This document shows positions 1 to 8,627 of a DNA stretch of 64,000 nucleotides, in pieces (within the stretch, counting starts at the first letter, position 1; the number at the start of each line of letters is the position of its first letter). The notes below the pieces were generated by a model. That model saw only the letters and a program-made list of their open reading frames with translations, had not been told where the DNA came from and made no database searches. A program made the translations under genes and the position numbers. Source of the DNA: a virus; IMG/VR virus record IMGVR_UViG_3300042566_000762, positions 1 through 64,000 of that record. One strand, 5' to 3'.

Positions 1-389
1 AATGCTCCAACTAATGACCACTCTTCAACGATATCACCAACTGGTCCTAACAATTGGAATGTAAGTTGCTTTTTGTAGAAAGCAGCGTATCCATCTCTAC
101 CCGTTAATGACTCATGTGATTGTCTAATCCACTCCATTACTTGTTGTGCACCAGACGGAACGATTGGGTCATATAGAGTGATATTGATATCATCCCAAGT
201 TGATTTACCTTTAATCTTTCTCTTTACATTGATATGGTCTAATTCAACCACTTCTGATGTGAAAGTTGGTCTACTTGCTGTTTTGATGATGTAAGATTCG
301 ATACCATCCACTGTCATAATAAATCTATTCTGAAGTTTTGGTTCAAACTCTTTGTAAAACATCTTGTCAAATCCTAATATTGTTGGCAT
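1..389 (-). CDS. gp19: Tail tube protein (T4 gp19-like), runs off the left edge
   Basis: Hand translation from ATG at 389 (absent from ORF track): MPTILGFDKMFYKEFEPKLQNRFIMTVDGIESYIIKTASRPTF...KGKSTWDDINITLYDPIVPSGAQQVMEWIR...YKKQLTFQLLGPVGDIVEEWSLVGA. Directly downstream of the sheath gene. Confidence 0.9.
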   Translation of the reverse strand, partial: MPTILGFDKMFYKEFEPKLQNRFIMTVDGIESYIIKTASRPTFTSEVVELDHINVKRKIKGKSTWDDINITLYDPIVPSGAQQVMEWIRQSHESLTGRDGYAAFYKKQLTFQLLGPVGDIVEEWSLVGA

Positions 390-415
390 CTTCGTTTATA
401 TTTTTGTTGTTCTAT

Positions 416-424
416 TATAAATAT
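416..424 (-). promoter_or_regulatory. ATATTTATA motif, putative late promoter of the tail tube gene
   Basis: Recurrent intergenic motif just upstream of - strand genes (see findings). Confidence 0.6.
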
Positions 425-436
425 TTGTTTTTAAAA

Positions 437-2710
437 TTATCCGTTAAAACTTGCACCTGTTGGTAAGATGTTGAAATCAATTTGAATAAATTCCGCTGTC
501 TTAGTTGGTTGTAAGTAGATAGCTCCTTTAAGAATGTTTCTATCTATTACATCAGGTGTGTTGTTTGACTCATCCATTATAACTCTGAATGCGTATAGAC
601 CTTGTCTACTTTGAATTGAGTTTAAATAAGGATTAACAATGTTTAAAAACTTAGTTCTTGTCTCTGCTGAGTTTTGTTCGAATACTAAGTATCTACTTGA
701 TGATGCAATATACTTTCTAACAGTTAATAACAATCTTCTTACGTTAATTCTATCCAATGCAGATGGTTTATCTTGTAAAGTCTTTTGACCGAATACTACG
801 ATACCTTGACCTGGGAATTGAACGATTGGATTTACTTTATTTTCGTATAATGTATCTTTTTCAGCTTGTGATAATCTATCCAATACTGCAACTGCTCCTG
901 TCAAACCACCTCTATTCAAACCTGCTGGTGCGAACCATTCTCCTGCTACGTTGTCGTTTGCTGCGAATACACCTGGTAATAATACTGATGGTGGAACTGT
1001 GATTAATTTGTTTGTATTGATGTCGATAGTCTTAATCCATGGGTAGTAAACTGCTGCGTAGTTAGAATCAACTGACTGAGCTTGTGTTACTGTTGCTGAT
1101 AATGATGTGTTTGCGTTACCTGCGTCTGCGATAAAGAATGCGTCACTTCTTTCTTCAACCATATCTAAAATAGATGTGAATACTGAAGAGTGGTCTGCTC
1201 TTGTAACACCAGGTGCTACAATCATATTGATATCATACTCATCTGTATTTGATAAAGCTGCAATCATTTTATTGTATGCTACTGAACCAGATGATGTTGG
1301 AGTTGATAAGTTAAAACCTTGAGTATTACCTGCAGTGATGTCAGAACCTTTATAGATTGGAGTTGTTGGGTTTAAACCATCAAAACCTTCTTGGAATGCT
1401 ACAATGAATTGTCTTTTTGCAACATCGGTTGAAACTGAACCAGTCAATTCTAAACTATCAGTTACATCCAAAGAATAAACTGCGTTAGAACCTGTTAATG
1501 CTCCTGTTGGGATTGGTTTGATATAAATTGCGTTATCCGTATTACCATCCAAATCAATACCACCATATTGTGTAGCAGTTGCAGTTACAAAACTTACTGC
1601 TGGAATTTGTGCTGATAAAGTTGCATTTGCTAAAACAGGTAATTTGTATGCAGCGTGTCCATAAGGAACTGCTTGTACCGGAATACCTTCAGGTGCAACA
1701 TAGTCTGCATCATTACTATTCCAAACTCTAATATATTTTGAATTAACTACCCAATCACCATGCTCTGTAATTTTACCTTCAGAGTTGATTGTTCTACTTC
1801 TATCACCAATTACTCTTGAGATATAGTTAGGAGAATTAGGGTCTAAATTCACATTGTTATATGTTTCTAAAATTGTTTTCTTTTTGTTTGTGTCAGAATA
1901 TCCTCTAACAACTACTGAGAATGTACCATAATCAGTTCCACTTACCGAACCAGCTGGTTTAATATTTGAGATACCGATTTTGATTTTGCTATTAGCTGCG
2001 TTACCTGCACCTAATGTAACAAATCTTAATACATTAAATCTTTGACCTGAAATCAATTGAGATTTGATTATTGGAGTCAAAGCTTCTTGTGCATCAAATG
2101 TGAATGGTTGGTCATCCAAAACATTAACTGATGCTGATGTGTTAGCTGTAAATGCTATACTATGATTTTGGAAAAATCCATATACATATGCACCTTTACT
2201 TCCCAATGGAGATGTACCGAATGTAGATTCGATATCATTTACATCTTCTGGGTCAAGTGATGTACTTCCTGTAAATGAAGTAGAACCTGTAATAAAGATA
2301 CTGAAATCACCATTACTTGCCGTTTGATATGTAGAACCACTCAATCCAGTTGTTAATACATTTTTATCAGTAGGGAAAAGAATACCAACCGATGCACTTA
2401 CTGCTCCAGATGTTGCAGTTAATAATAAAGGATTTTGTGCAGTATATCCACCAATACCTGCTACTCTTGCAATCGTTGCAGTTCCAGCTTCTCTTAAATA
2501 AGATTGAACTGCTAAAGGAGTATAATATGTGTCATCTACTACACCATACAATGTTTCAAATTCAGCTTGTGAATTTACAATTGTTGGTACTAATGGGCCT
2601 TCTTTGAAAGGGCCGATGAATGCTGCTCCTATTTCTCCAACCCCTTGTTGTAAGAATGAAAGGTCATTTTCTCTTGTGAAAACGCCTGGTGATACTAATT
2701 TTTCTGCCAT
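437..2710 (-). CDS. gp18: Contractile tail sheath protein (gp18-like)
   Basis: N-terminal SPGVFTRENDLS; C-terminal WFAPAGLNRG, LYENKVNPI, FGQKTLQ, LDRINVRRL, FEQN, NNTPDVIDRN, LQPTKTAEFI. Confidence 0.96.
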   Translation of the reverse strand: MAEKLVSPGVFTRENDLSFLQQGVGEIGAAFIGPFKEGPLVPTIVNSQAEFETLYGVVDDTYYTPLAVQSYLREAGTATIARVAGIGGYTAQNPLLLTATSGAVSASVGILFPTDKNVLTTGLSGSTYQTASNGDFSIFITGSTSFTGSTSLDPEDVNDIESTFGTSPLGSKGAYVYGFFQNHSIAFTANTSASVNVLDDQPFTFDAQEALTPIIKSQLISGQRFNVLRFVTLGAGNAANSKIKIGISNIKPAGSVSGTDYGTFSVVVRGYSDTNKKKTILETYNNVNLDPNSPNYISRVIGDRSRTINSEGKITEHGDWVVNSKYIRVWNSNDADYVAPEGIPVQAVPYGHAAYKLPVLANATLSAQIPAVSFVTATATQYGGIDLDGNTDNAIYIKPIPTGALTGSNAVYSLDVTDSLELTGSVSTDVAKRQFIVAFQEGFDGLNPTTPIYKGSDITAGNTQGFNLSTPTSSGSVAYNKMIAALSNTDEYDINMIVAPGVTRADHSSVFTSILDMVEERSDAFFIADAGNANTSLSATVTQAQSVDSNYAAVYYPWIKTIDINTNKLITVPPSVLLPGVFAANDNVAGEWFAPAGLNRGGLTGAVAVLDRLSQAEKDTLYENKVNPIVQFPGQGIVVFGQKTLQDKPSALDRINVRRLLLTVRKYIASSSRYLVFEQNSAETRTKFLNIVNPYLNSIQSRQGLYAFRVIMDESNNTPDVIDRNILKGAIYLQPTKTAEFIQIDFNILPTGASFNG

Positions 2711-2744
2711 TTTATATACTAATTTTAAATTTATTAATTCTCAA

Positions 2745-2777
2745 TATAAATATAATATTTTAATTCAAAACCACAAA
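2745..2777 (-). promoter_or_regulatory. TTTG-N19-TATATTTA promoter (Bacteroidota -33/-7-like) upstream of the sheath gene
   Basis: Minus strand reads TTTG TGGTTTTGAATTAAAATAT TATATTTA. Confidence 0.55.
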
Positions 2778-2848
2778 TTATCCAAAGCTTTTCCATAATT
2801 GCAAGGAACGTTAAATGAATCTCCAATTACAAATAATCTCTTTACCAT
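2765..2848 (-). pseudogene. 27-aa relic of an SGNH-like gene (MVKRLFVIGDSFNVPCNYGKALDNLWF)
   Basis: Starts like the intact SGNH paralogs (e.g. MNNLVICGDSFN, 61922..62713) but stops after 27 codons. Confidence 0.6.
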
Positions 2849-2875
2849 AATTAGTGGTGGTGTCAAATCCGTTTA

Positions 2876-3538
2876 TTAATTTTCTTTAGTAATTTTTTTA
2901 AGTTGTTCGACTTCCACTTTCAAATCCATTACCTTACACAACATTTCCAAACGAGAATCTTCCAAATTTGAATACGCTTCCCAATCCTTTTCACTATATT
3001 GTGATTTAATCATCGATTTAAGCCACTTTTCTTCTTCACTAATTAAACTTTCCAATCGAATGGTATGTTCGGGTGATAGTAAACTTAGAGCGGATTCTAC
3101 ACTATCCCATCTTGCAGGTAAAGAAAAATTGTACATATTTGAAGTCCATTCTAATTCCCCTGCAGATGGGGTAAGTTCTGAAAGAGCACGTAGTTTGTGA
3201 AATCTAAAACGGGTTTTCTCCCATATATCATATAATTCTTTATATAAGTATGGATACCAGTGTGTACAAATACCTGATTTCATTTCAGTTATAATACTCA
3301 ATATATCTGTAAAATGGTCTAATGCCCATTCAGTTTTTATTGCCGAATGAAAATGTTCTCTAACGGGTCTCCATATAAAGGTAGTTCCACTATGTATATT
3401 TTTTTGTAAATCATTGGTATCAAATGAAAATGTGGATACGCGTTTCTCTACATCCAATTTCTCTAACCAACGAGTTCCACATTTATACGGAGCAATGATA
3501 TCTAATCCGGATTTGAATATATAACGCTTAAATCCCAT
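2876..3538 (-). CDS. Sulfotransferase-like (P-loop) protein
   Basis: APYKCGTRWL resembles the 5'-PSB motif; IWRPVREHFHSA resembles the 3'-PB motif. Confidence 0.5.
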   Translation of the reverse strand: MGFKRYIFKSGLDIIAPYKCGTRWLEKLDVEKRVSTFSFDTNDLQKNIHSGTTFIWRPVREHFHSAIKTEWALDHFTDILSIITEMKSGICTHWYPYLYKELYDIWEKTRFRFHKLRALSELTPSAGELEWTSNMYNFSLPARWDSVESALSLLSPEHTIRLESLISEEEKWLKSMIKSQYSEKDWEAYSNLEDSRLEMLCKVMDLKVEVEQLKKITKEN

Positions 3539-3566
3539 ATAGTTATTTGTTTATTAGATTTAATTT

Positions 3567-3597
3567 ATAATTTATATCAATGTTTGATATAAATTAT
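3567..3597. repeat. Perfect 14-bp inverted repeat with 3-nt loop
   Basis: ATAATTTATATCAA-tgt-TTGATATAAATTAT, overlapping the stop codon of 3594..5369. Confidence 0.85.
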
Positions 3598-5369
3598 TTT
3601 CCAAATCTACCTCTCATATTATTATAGATATTTGAAACTTCCGTTCCACTCAAAGCTCTTGTATAATATAATAATGCTGCCATTCTTATTCCTGGTGAAC
3701 CAGTTGTACTAATATTGGCGCTTGTTGCTGTTACCGATTGAAAATCACTTAAGTTCATTGCTACGGTAGCCACTAATGTACCATCTCTATAAACATTACC
3801 GGCCGGTTGCATTCCGGAAGCAGTAACTATTGAAAAAGCATACATATTCCAACTAGTACTAATATTAGAAAGTACGTCATTAGGTGCGTATCTAGATGGT
3901 GCACCAGGACTACGAACTTGTAATGTTGCACTATTTGCACTTGAATTGTACCACCTTACTGAAAAAGTTCTACCACTAGTGCTATCTGAAACACTAAAAA
4001 TATTTGAAAAAGCTGAAGCTTGTCCGTATTGCCACCAAACTACTGCCGCTCCTCCATTGTCAGTTAAATTAAAATTCGATATTCCAACTCCTGTTCCAGG
4101 TGCATTAACATCATTTTTCGCTGCAACATTTGCGGTTGAACCTGCAAATGTTAAGTGTTTAGGTGTAGTATTTGTAAATGTTGGATATGTTGAACCCTCA
4201 CCACTGAATTGTCCGGGTAAATATGGTTTAACATTAAATCCGGTAGCTCTTCCTGTTAAATCATGCCAAACCAATGAGTTTGCACCAGCGTATGATTGTG
4301 TTTTTTCAGCATCCAAATAACAGGCTAAGTTTGCAGATGGTATTGCTCCAACCGTATTACTACCTTTATTATGTGATACAAATCCATTCGATAAATATGT
4401 GTGTGCTACATCTACTGTAATTGTTGCAATTTCTAATGTTTCGTTTTTAGTTTCAATATTAACAACTTCGATTTCTTCCATTTCAAAAGTTGTCTTATTA
4501 TATTTAATCAATTTGTCACCAATAGTGATATCTTCTGCTCTTACAAATTGATAAGTAGAGGTTTCATTATCAAAAATAAATAATGGATGTGCTTTTGTAC
4601 ATTTTAATAAATCATCATTGATAGAAATATACGAATCAACAAATGAGTAATAAACATTAGTAATCTCTGCATCTACTACTTCTCCAGAAGAACCTGTTTG
4701 ATACCACCAATACCAATCTTCAGTATCGTTTTCTGGTAACCATTCAGGCATATCAGTTGGGACATATGTTTTAATCATATCACCAATATATAAATCTTCA
4801 GCCGATACTTCATTACCATCGGATAATAAAATTAAAGTGTTTATATCAACACAAAGTGAATCGGAATTTATTGAGTTATACGAATCAACATTATAAATTT
4901 GTTTTGAATAGACTCTGTTAAAACCATCTTGATTTGATGACCAACCACCATCATTATATGAAACTGCTAATAAGTATGGGTCGTTTCCACCATATACACC
5001 ATTTGAAATACTTGTAACTCCAATTTTAGTGGTTGCTGCCTTAATACCATCGTTGCCACTTGCATTTGTTCCAAATGTTATAGCTCCATTGTTAGGGCTA
5101 AGACTGAATGCATAGTTATTACTAACATCTTTAACTTTATTATTAAATAATGTACCAGCATCGGTAAATGAAAATACTACGTTTTCGGTGGTATTTTCTA
5201 CAATATATGTAAATGGTAATGTTGCAGATGCAGAATCAAATGAGAATCCACTAAATGATATGTTTGAACCTCCTCCGGCCAAACCACTAATTGAAACTGC
5301 CTGTGTAGTTCTGCTCGAACCACTCACAGCTCTATATAATTCACCTAATCTTTTGTTAAATAATGCCAT
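3594..5369 (-). CDS. Virion protein: N-terminal domain + Hint (intein-like) domain + LamG/ConA-like C-terminal domain
   Basis: C173 VDINTLILLSDG, TKAHP (block B), YLSNGFVSHN334; then LACYLDA..SY..W.DL and YTRALSGTEV.NIYN.MRGRFG as in the LamG paralogs. Confidence 0.85.
   Translation of the reverse strand: MALFNKRLGELYRAVSGSSRTTQAVSISGLAGGGSNISFSGFSFDSASATLPFTYIVENTTENVVFSFTDAGTLFNNKVKDVSNNYAFSLSPNNGAITFGTNASGNDGIKAATTKIGVTSISNGVYGGNDPYLLAVSYNDGGWSSNQDGFNRVYSKQIYNVDSYNSINSDSLCVDINTLILLSDGNEVSAEDLYIGDMIKTYVPTDMPEWLPENDTEDWYWWYQTGSSGEVVDAEITNVYYSFVDSYISINDDLLKCTKAHPLFIFDNETSTYQFVRAEDITIGDKLIKYNKTTFEMEEIEVVNIETKNETLEIATITVDVAHTYLSNGFVSHNKGSNTVGAIPSANLACYLDAEKTQSYAGANSLVWHDLTGRATGFNVKPYLPGQFSGEGSTYPTFTNTTPKHLTFAGSTANVAAKNDVNAPGTGVGISNFNLTDNGGAAVVWWQYGQASAFSNIFSVSDSTSGRTFSVRWYNSSANSATLQVRSPGAPSRYAPNDVLSNISTSWNMYAFSIVTASGMQPAGNVYRDGTLVATVAMNLSDFQSVTATSANISTTGSPGIRMAALLYYTRALSGTEVSNIYNNMRGRFGK
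4368..4853 (-). other. Hint / bacterial-intein-like domain (162 aa, no endonuclease, +1 residue is Lys)
   Basis: Cys1, TxxH, terminal HN followed by K. Confidence 0.85.
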
Positions 5370-5380
5370 ATTTTTTGTTT

Positions 5381-6385
5381 TTAACTATTATAAATATCTA
5401 ATAAATCTTTTACCCATTTATTTCGATTTGTAAATATCATCATTTCTGATTTTAATTTTTCAAACCATTGTTTTTTTGTTTCGTAATCCGTATTTTTTAT
5501 TTCTTTTACTATATTTTCAAATTCCGTTTTACTTTCTGCTCTATATGGGTATTCCCATTCTTTCATCCAATCTTTACTCAATATGGGTAGTTTTCCATAA
5601 TCAACCGCTTGAAATATTGAATATCCAAATGGTTCATAATTAAAACAACTATGTGAAATTCCCCAATCTAAACGATAAAACCAATCTAATTTATTATATT
5701 CAAACATATATCGTTTAGCTCGTTTAAAATTCACCCCATATCCTTTCTCCCATATATTATTCAAAACTTTTAAAGTTGTAAATAAATAACATTCTATATT
5801 TTCTAAATACCAAACTCTCTTTCTTGTTTCGGTTCTTGATGCAAATCCTACTTTTACACTTTCACTTAATTCTAAATTATGTTCAAAATCATAATAATTG
5901 GGAATATCTATAAAATCATAATTAGCATGGGTTGGTGTTTTAAACAAACCAATCCAAATTCTTTTTTTAACTGTTTTGATTATAGTATTTTCCCATTCTG
6001 TATCTGCACCATAATGTTGAACTCCCGGTGAGTCAGAAAACATACCGGCTTTCATAGACATATCTATTGAATTATGCATGACATAACTCTCTATTCTATC
6101 TAAATTTCTTAGAATGGCTGAATTTGGGTGATAATGTCCGTGTAGTATGTGAATTCGCCGAGCATTATCTATAAGTTCATCGAACTTTTCATTATCATCT
6201 ACTTGCCAATAAATTTCAAGGGGGAAGTTATCCCCCTCAAAATCATCGGGTTTCTTTCTATGTATAAGTAGGATAGGTTTTACTTTTAAGTGAGGAACAA
6301 CATACTTTACGAAGTTATTCACCCAAACATCACTACCAGCACCTACTTTATTTCCAAAACCTGTTGTATAATATACATCATACAT
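5381..6385 (-). CDS. GT-B fold glycosyltransferase (GT4-like)
   Basis: N-terminal VGAGSDVWV; VGFASR...K; C-terminal EPFGYSIFQAVDYGKLPIL. Confidence 0.75.
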   Translation of the reverse strand: MYDVYYTTGFGNKVGAGSDVWVNNFVKYVVPHLKVKPILLIHRKKPDDFEGDNFPLEIYWQVDDNEKFDELIDNARRIHILHGHYHPNSAILRNLDRIESYVMHNSIDMSMKAGMFSDSPGVQHYGADTEWENTIIKTVKKRIWIGLFKTPTHANYDFIDIPNYYDFEHNLELSESVKVGFASRTETRKRVWYLENIECYLFTTLKVLNNIWEKGYGVNFKRAKRYMFEYNKLDWFYRLDWGISHSCFNYEPFGYSIFQAVDYGKLPILSKDWMKEWEYPYRAESKTEFENIVKEIKNTDYETKKQWFEKLKSEMMIFTNRNKWVKDLLDIYNS

Positions 6386-6387
6386 TC

Positions 6388-8568
6388 TTATAAGCTATTG
6401 TTCTTCTTTAGATTTTCAATTTCTAAAGTTAAATTGTGTATTTGTGTTTGTTGTTCTTTAATACCTTCAATCAATAATGCAACTAATTTGTCATATTTAA
6501 CTGCCTTATATCCATTGTCTCTGTCTTGAACTAATTGTGGTAATACTGCTTCAACTTCTTGTGCAATTACACCCACATCATTTCCTTCGTATCCATGTAC
6601 ATCTTTTAAATCTGCTTTCCAATCATAAGTGTTACCACTAATCTTAGAAATCTTATCCAATGCATTTTCGATTGGTTTGATATTTTCTTTCAAACGAACA
6701 TCCGAAGTTGAGAATGCCACAATATCATTTGCTGCGTCTATTCTACCAGATGTTCCACTTGCAGCCATACCAACACCAATAGATGCGAATCTTACGTTAT
6801 CAGATGTTGCTACTGCTTGTCCGATTGAAATTGTTACTGTACCTGTTGCACTATCTCTACTTACACCCGTTCCTGCTGTAATTGAAGTTACACCTGTATT
6901 TGCAATAGTTACACCGGTTGAACCATTATAAGATGTTCCACTTAATCCAGTACCAATTGTCAAAGTTGCTAAGTTAGAACCCAATGTAATACCACTAATT
7001 GTTTTAGAACCAGAAACAACAGTTTCCGCATCTAATCTCGTTTTAATACCGGTTGACCAGTTTGTAGTTGCAGTTGCGTTTATTTGAGATGAACCACTTA
7101 CTACACCATTTGTAGCATTTATTATACCATTATATGATGTTGCAGTTGATGAACCTGTTAAAATAAATGAACCACTAATTTGAACTGAACCAGTAAATTC
7201 ATGTGTATCATTACCAAAATCACCAAATCTATTAGAACCAGATGTAAATATAACTGATGCTGTTTCGTTGACAACTGTTAAATTTGTAATAGTTAAATCC
7301 GTAATGGTAGTTCCACTTAATTGTGATGAACCTGATATTACACCAATTGGTAATAATGGAGTTACTTGTGAAGAACCACTAATTGTTCCTGCTGGTAAAT
7401 TTGCTATTGTTTGAGCAGAACCCGAAACTACACCATTAGTTGCGTTAATTATACCATTGAATGAATTTGCGGTTGCTGACCCTGATATAGTCGTTGATGC
7501 GTTAATATTTAATGTTCTGCTATCATTTGCCATATTACCATTCATAAATGGTTGTGACTGATAATCACCATTGCTTACATACAATTTATAACTTTCCGTA
7601 GTATCTGAACTAGGGCCTGCATTTGCACCTAATAAAAGGTTGTTTGTACTATTACCTGTTAAATATGCACCTGCGGAATATCCTAATGCTGTACTTTTAG
7701 TAGGGGTATCATTAGAATTAACACTACCTAATAATGCATTACCACCAATTGCAGTATTGTAAATACCATCATTCAAATAAGTACCCGCATTAGTTCCTAA
7801 AAATACGTTCTGACTCACATTTGAACCAGTCATAGTAAATGCAGTACCATATCCTATTGCAATATTTTGACTATTACTACCACTTATACCATATCCAGCT
7901 TGGTCACCAACGGCTATATTGGACTGACCTGTTGTTAATCTATACAATGAAGCTCTACCAAGACCCACGTTACCTACACCACTTGTCAAAGATGGCATTA
8001 TATCAATACCTAAAACAACGTTTTGGTCAGGACTAGTTCCTCTTCTACCAACTTCGAATTTACCAGCGTTTAGATATGAACCATCTCCAATTTGTATATT
8101 TGCTTGAGAGTATAAACCATTAGGGAAAGTTTGAGAACCATCTGCATTAGTAGATAGTGTTGAAAGCACCGAACCATTATTTACAACTTTAATTGAACCG
8201 GTTGAAATATAAAGGTCTCTCCAAACTTTAGATGTAGAACCTAAGTCAAATGCATTTGTTACTGATGGTAGTAATGATGAACTTAATGCAGCAGTCATAT
8301 TTACTGTATCGGATGTATTATCACCGATTGTAATGTTACCACCTAATGTTAAATTACCATCAATTTTTGCGTTTCCTGTAATGTCTAATGATGAACCTGA
8401 AATGCCAGCGAATGAACCCTGACTTCCTGTTCCGGATGCACCCAATGTGATATCTCCTGTTAATCCACCAATTTGTAATGTCCCTAAGTCTGTATTTACA
8501 TAAGGTTCTCCGAATGCCAACGAACCGGATTTTTGTGCGTTCGTACCACGTCTAAATTTAAGTCCCAT
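6388..8568 (-). CDS. Fibre protein: Mtd-N-like anchor, beta-helix (Hep/Hag-like) repeats, C-terminal S74 intramolecular chaperone
   Basis: RRG..LAFGEPY; NxAxG repeats; SDVRLKENI...W...GVIAQEVEAVLP...V.YDKLVALLIEGIKE. Confidence 0.88.
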   Translation of the reverse strand: MGLKFRRGTNAQKSGSLAFGEPYVNTDLGTLQIGGLTGDITLGASGTGSQGSFAGISGSSLDITGNAKIDGNLTLGGNITIGDNTSDTVNMTAALSSSLLPSVTNAFDLGSTSKVWRDLYISTGSIKVVNNGSVLSTLSTNADGSQTFPNGLYSQANIQIGDGSYLNAGKFEVGRRGTSPDQNVVLGIDIMPSLTSGVGNVGLGRASLYRLTTGQSNIAVGDQAGYGISGSNSQNIAIGYGTAFTMTGSNVSQNVFLGTNAGTYLNDGIYNTAIGGNALLGSVNSNDTPTKSTALGYSAGAYLTGNSTNNLLLGANAGPSSDTTESYKLYVSNGDYQSQPFMNGNMANDSRTLNINASTTISGSATANSFNGIINATNGVVSGSAQTIANLPAGTISGSSQVTPLLPIGVISGSSQLSGTTITDLTITNLTVVNETASVIFTSGSNRFGDFGNDTHEFTGSVQISGSFILTGSSTATSYNGIINATNGVVSGSSQINATATTNWSTGIKTRLDAETVVSGSKTISGITLGSNLATLTIGTGLSGTSYNGSTGVTIANTGVTSITAGTGVSRDSATGTVTISIGQAVATSDNVRFASIGVGMAASGTSGRIDAANDIVAFSTSDVRLKENIKPIENALDKISKISGNTYDWKADLKDVHGYEGNDVGVIAQEVEAVLPQLVQDRDNGYKAVKYDKLVALLIEGIKEQQTQIHNLTLEIENLKKNNSL

Positions 8569-8627
8569 TTTAGTTTACTCTTTTTTTTAGTTAAAGTATA
8601 AGAAATTCCTTATACCTTTATAAATAT

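Noticed and set aside
4368-4853. Mobile homing intein
   Set aside because: No endonuclease domain and no +1 Cys/Ser/Thr; treated as a BIL-type Hint domain
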